From positions 3,359 through 67,358 of the forward strand of contig JAQXVT010000050.1 of assembly GCA_029225065.1 (NCBI GenBank): DNA of 64,000 nt, given 5' to 3'. Below the pieces are notes generated by a model, which did not search any database, had not been told where the DNA came from, and worked only from the letters and a program-made list of their open reading frames with translations. Position 1 is the stretch's first letter, and every line of letters begins with the position of its first letter. Position numbers and translations under genes: made by a program. The DNA comes from Lachnospiraceae bacterium (GTDB taxonomy: Bacteria > Bacillota > Clostridia > Lachnospirales > Lachnospiraceae). Below are positions 31,275 to 39,809 of this stretch, piece by piece.

Positions 31275-32261
31275 TTATCGGCCGTACTCCTGTGCAGCCT
31301 CGCGCACCCAGTTTAAATGTTCGATCGGTGTGTTCTCAGGAATTGTGCAGTCGGCACCGAGGATGACACCGGTCGTACCGGCTTCGTCGAGCAATCGCTT
31401 TGCTTCTGCCTGAATTTCTTCCTTTGTGCCGCGGTACAGGACACTGTTTTTAGTATTGTCGAAGCCACCGATTACTGCGCGGCCGCCGAAAAGTGCTTTG
31501 CCCTCTTTGAGGGAAACTTCTTCGACAACAGCGGCCCAGTTGATGACTTTTACATCATAGTCCTTATAAATGGAGAGGTTATTTCGCGCGCCCTCATAGC
31601 CGCAGATATGTAAAATGTTATAGTCGCTCACAGCATTTGCGGCATTTAAGACACCCTGTTCACTCGGTGTGATGAGTGTGTGGTATTCTTCCGCGGTAAT
31701 AGTCGGGTCCTGAATGTTTTTGGTACTCAGATAGATGCCGTCTGCCTTGCCATCGGTGATAATCTTTACCGCCAGCTTTGCGAGGTCCTGCTTAATCACA
31801 TTTAAGGCATAAGCAAGCTCCTGCGGTGCTTCCTTCACAAGCTTTGCAAGTGTCAGCTGATTGCCGGAATCCTCAAGTGCGAAGCCAAGCACAGTGACCG
31901 GGGCAAAAAGGTTGTAGAAGGTGGCTGTCTCGCCGTGGAGCCGGTCGGTCAGTTCCTTTACAAGGGAAACCTGCTGGTCGATCCATTCGTCCACAAGGCC
32001 GCTCTTTGCTTTTTTCAGATCCTCCACGGAAGTGATGGTTTCCAGCGTCGGATTTGGATAATGAAAATATCCGTCACTCATCAGCTTTACAAAATCAGGA
32101 TGGAATTCATCGAAGTACTTCTGGTGTCCTTCGATATTTTTGCGGCGGACCTCCGGATCATTTACGAAAAGCTGATCCGGTGCGAAGTGAAACCAGAAGC
32201 CGACCGGTACGCGGGTTGTTTCCTTATTGTCAAATGCATCAAATACAAACTGCTTGCTCAT
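31275..32261 (-). CDS. Uroporphyrinogen decarboxylase / MtaA-CmuA methyltransferase-fold protein
   Basis: DFVKLMSDG, ILHICG, INWA, ILGADCTIP. Start moved to MSKQF. Confidence 0.85.
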   Translation of the reverse strand: MSKQFVFDAFDNKETTRVPVGFWFHFAPDQLFVNDPEVRRKNIEGHQKYFDEFHPDFVKLMSDGYFHYPNPTLETITSVEDLKKAKSGLVDEWIDQQVSLVKELTDRLHGETATFYNLFAPVTVLGFALEDSGNQLTLAKLVKEAPQELAYALNVIKQDLAKLAVKIITDGKADGIYLSTKNIQDPTITAEEYHTLITPSEQGVLNAANAVSDYNILHICGYEGARNNLSIYKDYDVKVINWAAVVEEVSLKEGKALFGGRAVIGGFDNTKNSVLYRGTKEEIQAEAKRLLDEAGTTGVILGADCTIPENTPIEHLNWVREAAQEYGR

Positions 32262-32334
32262 AATAAAAATCCTCCTCAAAATAAATGATAGAAATATCTG
32301 GTCTGAAACCAGTTTTAAAAGTACAGTGGAATAT

Positions 32335-32358
32335 AAAAAAAACAGGCCATCAGGCCTG
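32335..32358 (-). terminator. Intrinsic terminator inside the operon leader (candidate attenuator)
   Basis: Minus strand reads CAGGCC-TGAT-GGCCTG-T8. Confidence 0.85.
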
Positions 32359-32396
32359 CCGGATTCTTCTTTGCCGTTTTCCTCTGCTGTGGAAAG

Positions 32397-32537
32397 TCAG
32401 CGAATCGTATATTCAGACTCTGGTGTGCGTTTATTCTTCGGTTTTGGGGTAGCAAAACAAGACATGCAACACATACACATACACATGCCTTCCATACACA
32501 TCAGATTCATCATAGTTGCAGCTTTTGTCTGTCTCAT
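32397..32537 (-). CDS. Met/Cys-rich leader peptide, 46 aa, absent from the ORF track
   Basis: Hand translation MRQTKAATMMNLMCMEGMCMCMCCMSCFATPKPKNKRTPESEYTIR*, with AGGAGG RBS. Confidence 0.8.
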   Translation of the reverse strand: MRQTKAATMMNLMCMEGMCMCMCCMSCFATPKPKNKRTPESEYTIR

Positions 32538-32618
32538 TTTTACTCCTCCTTCTGGATTTTTACTGAATTTTTATATTCCTAGTTTCCATACAAGAATGGT
32601 ATGAATTAGGTTGAGAGA

Positions 32619-32647
32619 ATAATAGCACAGAAGAGAAGGGTTGTCAA
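32619..32647 (-). promoter_or_regulatory. Sigma-A promoter of the leader peptide and operon
   Basis: TTGACA-17-TATTAT on the minus strand. Confidence 0.8.
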
Positions 32648-32760
32648 CAGGAAAATAGAGAAAATTTTGAATCTGGACGAAAACGACTCCTACATTGCAA
32701 ATGCGAAAAATTTGTAGTACCTTATGTAGAGAAGAAGCAATATATGGGAGGTAGACAAAA

Positions 32761-33939
32761 ATGGAGGAAGTACTTCGAATCACCGTTCGGCTCGAGGAGA
32801 TTTGCGAAACAAAAGGGCATTTGGGGAGCGCACGTATGATCGCATTTTCCGGGGAGGCGGATGGGCCTTATTTTACAGGAAAAATATTGCCGCACGGAGT
32901 TGACACGCAGACGGAAAAAACAGGGGAGACGATGCAGCTTTCTGCAAGGTACATGCTGTCAGGCACGGATCATACCGGACAGCCCTGTCGTCTGTTTATT
33001 GAAAACAACGGGACAGAGGACAAAAACGGAATTGTGACGAGCCCGCAGATCTATACGGACAGTGAGGCGCTGGCATGGATGGAAAAAGCCGTGCTGACGG
33101 GGAGCGTAGAGGGCTGCGGAGAAAATCAGGTTGTGATTCACATCAGAAGGGCCGAAGCGCAGCAATACGCCTTTCGCGTGGAGAAGTGCAGCATTGCAGT
33201 GGGAGACAACCGGATTTTTGCGTCATTGTATCTGCCGGAGTGTGAGCAGAGAGTCCCGGCGGTTGCCCTGAGCCATGGCTATAACGGAAAGGGAAATGAT
33301 TTCAGGGAGGAGGCTGCGTATTTTGCAGCAAATGGAATTGCGGCCTGTACCTTTGACTTCTGCGGAGGAAGCGTGGGAGCAAAAAGCAGCGGCAGCACAA
33401 AAGAAATGTCGGTGCTCACAGAAAAAGAAGATTTGAAGGCAGTCGTATCATTTTTGAAAGAACGGCCGGAAATTGAGAAGGACAGCCTGTTTCTTTTCGG
33501 AGGAAGCCAGGGCGGTTTTGTAAGCCTGCTGACAGCGGCAGAATGCCCGGAGGAGATTCGTGCGCTGGTCCTTTACTATCCGGCGCTTTGCATCCCGGAT
33601 GACTGGAGAAAGGAATATCCGGATCCGTCGCAGATCCCGGAAAGCAGAGAATTCTGGGGGATGGAGCTTGGCAGGTGCTATTTTGAGGCGGCAGTGCGCC
33701 TGGATGCGTTTCAGCCGTTTGAGACGGTAAAACAGAAAATCCTGCTTTTCCACGGAGATCAGGATGAGATTGTGCCGGTTTCGTATGCAGAGAAAGCAGC
33801 GCAGGTCGGAAAAAATGTGGAACTGGAAATTCTGCCCGGGGAGAAGCATGGTTTTTCCGGGCAGGCGGGCAGATATACCATGGAAAAAGCGCTTGCGTTC
33901 ATGAAAAGCATTTGCCGTCAGAATGGGAATCTGTTATGA
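32761..33939 (+). CDS. DUF3237-like domain fused to an alpha/beta hydrolase (esterase)
   Basis: N-terminal GKILPHGVDTQ...LSARYML segment, then SHGYNG, GGSQGG nucleophile elbow, HGDQD and EKHGF. Confidence 0.8.
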   Translation: MEEVLRITVRLEEICETKGHLGSARMIAFSGEADGPYFTGKILPHGVDTQTEKTGETMQLSARYMLSGTDHTGQPCRLFIENNGTEDKNGIVTSPQIYTDSEALAWMEKAVLTGSVEGCGENQVVIHIRRAEAQQYAFRVEKCSIAVGDNRIFASLYLPECEQRVPAVALSHGYNGKGNDFREEAAYFAANGIAACTFDFCGGSVGAKSSGSTKEMSVLTEKEDLKAVVSFLKERPEIEKDSLFLFGGSQGGFVSLLTAAECPEEIRALVLYYPALCIPDDWRKEYPDPSQIPESREFWGMELGRCYFEAAVRLDAFQPFETVKQKILLFHGDQDEIVPVSYAEKAAQVGKNVELEILPGEKHGFSGQAGRYTMEKALAFMKSICRQNGNLL

Positions 33940-34060
33940 TAATGAGGCGGCATCCATGCCGGAGCCGCCGAAGTGAAAAAGCAAAAGAGAGCGGAGGCTT
34001 CCTGGGCGGAAGGACTGACAGCAGCAAAGGGAGCAGCCGAGGCAGATAGGAGGAACAAAA

Positions 34061-34684
34061 ATGAAAGTATTACTCGTAAACGGAAGCCCACATACGAACG
34101 GAAGCACGTATACGGCGCTGCATGAAATGGAGCAGGTATTTGCGCAGGAAGGAATCGAGACAGAAATCCTGCAGATTGGAAAAGAAAGCATCCGCGGCTG
34201 TATCGCCTGTCAGGGCTGCCGCAAAAAAGGAAGCTGTGTATTTGAGGATGCGGTAAACGAGGCGGCTGCAAAATTTGCGGCGGCAGACGGCCTCGTAGTC
34301 GGCAGCCCGGTCTATTATGCATCGGCAAATGCGACACTGATCGCCTTCCTCGACCGGCTGTTTTACAGCACCGGCTTTGACAAGACCATGAAGGTTGGCG
34401 CATCGGTCGTATCAGCCAGACGCGGAGGCCTTTCTGCGACCTTTGATGAGCTGAACAAATACTTTACGATCTCAGGAATGCCGGTGGCATCGGGGCAGTA
34501 CTGGAACAGCATTCACGGCAACAACGCAGACGAGGCAGTGCAGGATCTGGAAGGACTGCAGAGCATGCGGACGCTGGCGCGCAACATGAGCTTTCTGATG
34601 AAGAGCATCGCGCTTGGAAAAGAGAAGTACGGACTGCCGGAGAAGGAAGCGAGAGTTGGTACAAACTTTATCCGGGAGATTTGA
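34061..34684 (+). CDS. Flavodoxin-like / iron-sulfur flavoprotein
   Basis: NGSPH, CIACQGCRKKGSC, GSPVYY. Confidence 0.9.
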   Translation: MKVLLVNGSPHTNGSTYTALHEMEQVFAQEGIETEILQIGKESIRGCIACQGCRKKGSCVFEDAVNEAAAKFAAADGLVVGSPVYYASANATLIAFLDRLFYSTGFDKTMKVGASVVSARRGGLSATFDELNKYFTISGMPVASGQYWNSIHGNNADEAVQDLEGLQSMRTLARNMSFLMKSIALGKEKYGLPEKEARVGTNFIREI

Positions 34685-34865
34685 TCTGGAAACAGGAGAA
34701 ATTTTATCTGTGAGAGATGGAAGCCGACACAACTTTATCTGCGGGATACAAAAAGAATCCCTGCAAATGTGATTCATGTGAGGTGCGTATGAGAGAAAAA
34801 AGAAACAGCTATGGAGACTGCGTCTGTCAGAGCACAAGAATTATAAAAGAAATGGAGAATAAAAT

Positions 34866-36239
34866 ATGAAATATGATGTCATTATTATCGGCGCTGGCCC
34901 GGGCGGCATTTTTTCGGCGTATGAGCTGATGAAAAAGAGCCCGGAGCTGAAAGTGGCGGTCTTCGAGGCCGGTTACTCTCTGGAAAAAAGGCGCTGTCCG
35001 ATCGACGGCAAGAAGGTAAAATCCTGCATCAAATGTCCGACCTGCGCGATTATGAGCGGATTCGGCGGAGCAGGTGCTTTCTCCGACGGAAAATATAACA
35101 TTACGAACGATTTCGGCGGAACGCTGTATGAGCATATCGGACGCAAAGAGGCGATCGACCTGATGTACTACGTCGATGAGATTAACGTCAGCCACGGCGG
35201 AGAGGCCACAAGAATGTTCTCGACCGCGGGCACGAAATTCAAAAAGCTCTGCATGCAGAACAAGCTGAAGCTGCTCGATGCATCGGTGCGCCACCTTGGT
35301 ACCGACATCAATTACATCGTGCTGGAAAATATGTACAATGAGATGAAGTCCCATATCGATTTCTATTTCCATACGCCGGTGGAGCATGTGGAAAAGCTGG
35401 AAGAGGGCTACCGCATCCACTACGGCGAGGACAAATATGAGGACTGCGAAAAATGTATCATTTCCGTTGGCCGAAGCGGCAGCAAGTGGATGGAGAAGGT
35501 CTGCCAGGAGCTGGATATCCCGACAAAATCAAACCGCGTGGACATCGGTGTGCGCGTCGAGCTTCCGGCTGTCATTTTTTCTGATCTGACCGACGAGCTG
35601 TACGAGAGCAAGATTGTATACCGCACGGAGAAATTTGAGGACAATGTGCGTACTTTCTGTATGAACCCGAACGGCATTGTCGTAAATGAAAATACGAATG
35701 GCATTGTCACGGTAAACGGACACAGCTATGAGGGTGCGGAAAAGCAGACCGAAAACACGAACTTCGCGCTGCTCGTTGCAAAGCATTTCTCGGAGCCGTT
35801 CAAGGACAGCAACGGCTATGGCGAGAGCATCGCGCGTCTCTCAAACATGCTGGGCGGAGGCGTAATCGTGCAGCGGTTCGGTGATCTGGTGAGAGGACGC
35901 CGAAGCAATGCAAAGCGAATCGAGGAGGGATTGGTGACCCCGACACTCGCAGCGACACCGGGCGATCTGAGCCTTGTCCTGCCTAAGAGAATCCTTGACG
36001 GCATCATCGAGATGATCTATGCGCTTGACAAGATCGCTCCTGGTACGGCAAACGACGATACGCTTCTCTATGGCGTGGAAGTCAAATTCTACAACATGGA
36101 AGTGGAGATTGATGAAAATTTGGAGAGCCGCTACAAGGGACTGTATATCATCGGCGACGGAAGCGGTGTGACCCATTCGCTGTCGCACGCGTCGGCGAGC
36201 GGTGTGTATGTGGCGCGGAAGATCGCGGAGCAGCAGTAG
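34866..36239 (+). CDS. Uncharacterised FAD-dependent oxidoreductase
   Basis: GAGPGG Rossmann motif, CxxCxxC, GGAGAFSDGK, FCMNP, YGVEVKFY, GDGSG. Confidence 0.88.
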   Translation: MKYDVIIIGAGPGGIFSAYELMKKSPELKVAVFEAGYSLEKRRCPIDGKKVKSCIKCPTCAIMSGFGGAGAFSDGKYNITNDFGGTLYEHIGRKEAIDLMYYVDEINVSHGGEATRMFSTAGTKFKKLCMQNKLKLLDASVRHLGTDINYIVLENMYNEMKSHIDFYFHTPVEHVEKLEEGYRIHYGEDKYEDCEKCIISVGRSGSKWMEKVCQELDIPTKSNRVDIGVRVELPAVIFSDLTDELYESKIVYRTEKFEDNVRTFCMNPNGIVVNENTNGIVTVNGHSYEGAEKQTENTNFALLVAKHFSEPFKDSNGYGESIARLSNMLGGGVIVQRFGDLVRGRRSNAKRIEEGLVTPTLAATPGDLSLVLPKRILDGIIEMIYALDKIAPGTANDDTLLYGVEVKFYNMEVEIDENLESRYKGLYIIGDGSGVTHSLSHASASGVYVARKIAEQQ

Positions 36240-36353
36240 AAACAGGATAAAATTTTCTGTTGCAAACGCGCTCTGGTCGGAAGTCAAAGCGAATATTTGC
36301 AATCCACTTCGCTGCTTGCCTGACTCGGTTAAAAGTGAAATAGGATAAAAAAG

Positions 36354-36410
36354 AAACAGGCCTCACGTTTCAACTGCACCTGGCAGCGGAAACGTGGGAC
36401 CTGTTTTTTT
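36354..36410. terminator. Bidirectional terminator
   Basis: AAACAGG..CACGTTTC / GAAACGTG..CCTGTTT between convergent genes. Confidence 0.8.
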
Positions 36411-36448
36411 CGGGCTAATCAATTTGCTGCGCAAATTGGTTGGAGAGG

Positions 36449-37192
36449 CTATAATACCTTGTTCAGGAAGTCGATGGTTCTCGGCTCTTTCGGATTTAAG
36501 AGTACCTCCTGCGGGGTGCCCTGCTCGACGATGTACCCGCCGTCCATGAAGAGTACGCGGTCAGCGACCTCGCGGGCAAAGCCCATCTCATGGGTAACGA
36601 TAACCATTGTCATGCCGTCTGCAGCCAGCTGCTTCATAACCTGCAGTACCTCACCGACCATCTCCGGGTCGAGGGCACTCGTCGGCTCATCGAAAAGCAT
36701 AATGTCCGGTGCCATACACAGGGCGCGTGCGATCGCGACACGCTGCTTCTGACCGCCGGAGAGCTGATCCGGATAAGCATCTGCCTTGTCCTCCATGCCG
36801 ACCTTGCGCAGCATCTGAAGGGCACGCTCCTTTGCCTCTTCCTTTGTGGCTTTTTTCAGATCGACCGGAGCCAGCATCAGATTCTGCATGACATTCATAT
36901 GCGGAAAGAGATTGAAATGCTGGAATACCATACCGACGTTTTCGCGTACCTTATTGATGTCCACGCGGCGGTCGGTCAGGTTGTGGCCGTCGACGACGAC
37001 CTCGCCGCCGGAGATTTCCTCCAGCTTGTTCATGCAGCGAAGAAATGTGGATTTGCCGCTTCCGGAAGGTCCGATGATGACGACGACCTCTCCTTCATGC
37101 ACATCGTAGGAGATATCTTTGAGTACCTCAAGCTTTCCGAAGCTTTTCTGCAGGTGAGATACATGGATTTTGACATTTTTACTTGCGTCCAC
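36449..37192 (-). CDS. glnQ: Polar amino-acid ABC ATPase
   Basis: [26 protein letters not shown]. Confidence 0.92.
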   Translation of the reverse strand: MDASKNVKIHVSHLQKSFGKLEVLKDISYDVHEGEVVVIIGPSGSGKSTFLRCMNKLEEISGGEVVVDGHNLTDRRVDINKVRENVGMVFQHFNLFPHMNVMQNLMLAPVDLKKATKEEAKERALQMLRKVGMEDKADAYPDQLSGGQKQRVAIARALCMAPDIMLFDEPTSALDPEMVGEVLQVMKQLAADGMTMVIVTHEMGFAREVADRVLFMDGGYIVEQGTPQEVLLNPKEPRTIDFLNKVL

Positions 37193-37850
37193 GGTTCAGT
37201 CTCCTTTCCAGTCTCTTTGCGATCTTAGAGAGGATCGTAATGACGATCAGATACATCACTGCGACGATGCCCCAGACCTCAAACGATTTGAAGGAGATCG
37301 CAATGACATTTTTTGCGGTGTTGACCAGTTCCGGGAATCCGATGACGGACAGGATCGAGGTATCCTTTAAGGTGATGATGAACTGGTTGATGATGCTCGG
37401 GATCATCGTGCGGATGGCCTGCGGAAGTACGACACGGATCATGGCGCGCCAGTACGGAAGTCCGAGGCTTCTTGCCGCTTCCATCTGCCCCGGATCAACA
37501 GACTGAATGCCGGCGCGGATGATCTCCGCCATATAGGCACCGCAGTTGAGCGCAAGTGCGGCAGTACCGGCCTGGAGTGCGGTCAGCGTTATTCGGCTGC
37601 CAAGGAAATTTTTAAATGCGTACGGCAGACCGAAGAAAATAAAGTAGGCAAGGACGATCATCGGCACACCGCGGATGACATCGACGAAAATCGATGCAAT
37701 GACGTTGCAGGCTTTATTTCTTACCACGCTCAGCAGTCCGAAGATCATACCGAGGATGCAGGCAAAGAAAAGTCCCCACAGTGCGAGGAGTAATGTCTGC
37801 CCCATTGCAAACAGCAGCATCTGCCCATATTTTGATAATATCTGGATCAT
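37179..37850 (-). CDS. Polar amino-acid ABC permease (GlnP type)
   Basis: [31 protein letters not shown]. Confidence 0.93.
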   Translation of the reverse strand: MIQILSKYGQMLLFAMGQTLLLALWGLFFACILGMIFGLLSVVRNKACNVIASIFVDVIRGVPMIVLAYFIFFGLPYAFKNFLGSRITLTALQAGTAALALNCGAYMAEIIRAGIQSVDPGQMEAARSLGLPYWRAMIRVVLPQAIRTMIPSIINQFIITLKDTSILSVIGFPELVNTAKNVIAISFKSFEVWGIVAVMYLIVITILSKIAKRLERRLNRGRK

Positions 37851-37924
37851 AATGGTTCCTTTCAAAAAAGGGACTGCCGCAAGGTATGCAGCAGCCCCGT
37901 GAAATTTGCGTGGATTTTCTGAAA

Positions 37925-38770
37925 TTATTCAGTCACTGCTTCGGTAGCTGCTTCAGTAGCTGCTTCTGTGGCAGCCTCAGTACCAGCTTCCGTGGTATCT
38001 TCTGTTGGAACAGCGTCTTCACCAAGGTATTTTGCGATAATTTCATCGTAGGTACCATTTTCCTTGATATCAGCAAGTCCTGCGTTGAACATATCAAGCA
38101 GCTCCTGGCTGTCCTCTGAGAAGATTGCGAAGCCGTACGGAGCACCTTCGTTTTCAGAGCCCTCTACGATCTGCAGTGCAAGATCGCCGTCCTTGATGGA
38201 GGAAGCCATGATCGGTGTATCCTCGAAGCAGGCAACTACCTGTCCGCCGAGGACTGCCTGATACATTGTCGGTGAATCCTCAAAATAAGTAATATCAAAG
38301 CCATACTCGTCCTTCAGGCTTTCTGCGTAGGTCGCACCCTGTGTACCGGTCTTTACGCCTACGGTCTGATCCTTCAGGTCCTCAAAGCCCTTGATATCAG
38401 AATCCTTTGCTACGGTCATGGACTGTGTTGCATTATAATATCCGTCGGAGAACATCCAGCCGCTTTCTTTTCTCTCGTCTGTGATGGATGCACCTGCGAT
38501 CATACCGTCTGCCTGTCCGGCCTGGCATGCAGCGATGGAAGCGTCCCAGCCAAGGCTGTTCATTTCATATTTAAAGCCCTGATCTTCTGCGATTGCCGCT
38601 ACGATATCGACGTCGATACCGACAAAATTGCCGCTCTCATCGGTGTACTCGAACGGTTTGAATACCGTGTCCGTAGCGATGACCCATGTCTTGTCTTCCT
38701 CTGCGGCAGCAGGAAATGCCATGCAGCCTGCGATCAGTCCTGCAGTGAGAAATAAAGATAATTTTTTCAT
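37925..38770 (-). CDS. Amino-acid ABC substrate-binding protein (GlnH type) with a TEAA-repeat tail
   Basis: FKPFEY, GIDVDI, ITDERK, VGVKTGT. C-terminus is EAGTEAATEAATEAATEAVTE. Confidence 0.92.
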   Translation of the reverse strand: MKKLSLFLTAGLIAGCMAFPAAAEEDKTWVIATDTVFKPFEYTDESGNFVGIDVDIVAAIAEDQGFKYEMNSLGWDASIAACQAGQADGMIAGASITDERKESGWMFSDGYYNATQSMTVAKDSDIKGFEDLKDQTVGVKTGTQGATYAESLKDEYGFDITYFEDSPTMYQAVLGGQVVACFEDTPIMASSIKDGDLALQIVEGSENEGAPYGFAIFSEDSQELLDMFNAGLADIKENGTYDEIIAKYLGEDAVPTEDTTEAGTEAATEAATEAATEAVTE

Positions 38771-38832
38771 AATGCAACACTCCTTTTCTTTTTTTGAAAT
38801 GGCTTATTTGGAGGCCTTTTGGGTCCTTCATG

Positions 38833-38908
38833 AAAAAAAAGGTGCAGCATACAGATGCTGACACCTTTGCCTTTGTTTATTCTAGCACAGATACTATTCG
38901 ACTGTCAA
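38833..38908 (-). promoter_or_regulatory. Promoter followed immediately by a terminator-like hairpin
   Basis: TTGACA-18-TAGAAT, then AAAGGTG-T-CAGCAT-CTGT-ATGCTG-CACC-T8. Confidence 0.65.
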
Positions 38909-39181
38909 CGAAATCTGGCGAATTAATGCGGTGAAATGTTAGCAGAATACAGCTGGATTTTCCGGACGCAGATAAACAACAGGTATCAGAGCAACCTGTG
39001 AACTCTCGCATTACGGTTTGGACGCGGTTGATATGCCGCATCGGCAAAGAGCAAATTCTGTCGAAAATCTTAGCATACCCATTGGTTGACGCAATGTGTG
39101 GAAAATGGTATTTTAATATGTAATAATAAATGAAAACATTAACTATGGATTGAGTATTGACGAAAAGCGAACATATAGAAG

Positions 39182-39206
39182 GCCCTGAAAGTATCAGGGC
39201 TTTTTT
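39182..39206 (+). terminator. Intrinsic terminator of a possible short transcript
   Basis: GCCCTGA-AAGTA-TCAGGGC-T6. Confidence 0.75.
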
Positions 39207-39232
39207 CGGGGAAGCATAATTGTAAGAGAATA

Positions 39233-39565
39233 GTGAGTCACAGGCGGAGTGTATACATTCTCTCAGGCTTTGCGAAAATACTGCCCGGAAACAACGAGAA
39301 ATTCAGAAAGGAGCGCAGCGCAATTGTTACACCGTATTTTTATGTCGCGGAGGACAGCACACTTGCAAAGGTGTTGTTTGCAAGCAGGGATATCAACGAC
39401 TACAAGCAGCGGGAGGAGACATATAAGGAGCAGCTGAGAGAGACAGCGCTCTCCGAGGTAACGTCATTTATCGGGGAGCGGGCGTGTGAGAAGGAGATTC
39501 ATTTTTCGTATGATTTTTCTGCTATTGTGCACAGGCAAAGCCGATCAATATTGAGGAGCTGGTGA
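39233..39565 (+). pseudogene. Remnant of a hybrid histidine kinase
   Basis: Fragments resembling a PAS C-terminus/coiled coil (VLFASRDINDYKQREE) joined to a pre-HATPase helix (EKEIHFSYDFSAIVHR). No RBS and no catalytic motifs. Confidence 0.5.
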
Positions 39566-39809
39566 GGCTGATCGAGAGGTACTGCGGGAAGCGAGAGAAG
39601 TCACTGAATTAGTCAATAAGGAAAAGAATAGATTGTCAAATAATGGCTGCCGCCGTATGGAAGGGATTCTGTACGGCGTTTTTTGTATACGCCTTGTTTT
39701 ATTCCGAAACGGAATAAAGAAACAGAAAATGGGAATTGTTTGGGAATTTGTGTACAGGTATACTGGAAATGAAAAGGTATGTACGGACAATAAAAATTGG
39801 GGGAACGAT

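Noticed and set aside
34789-34869. 26-aa ORF coupled to the FAD oxidoreductase start
   Set aside because: It has an RBS-like GAGGTG but unremarkable composition and no associated terminator, so the evidence is insufficient.
36416-36443. AATTTGC-TGC-GCAAATT palindrome as a regulatory site
   Set aside because: Single copy, downstream of convergent genes. More likely a remnant of another small repeat, and no function is supportable.
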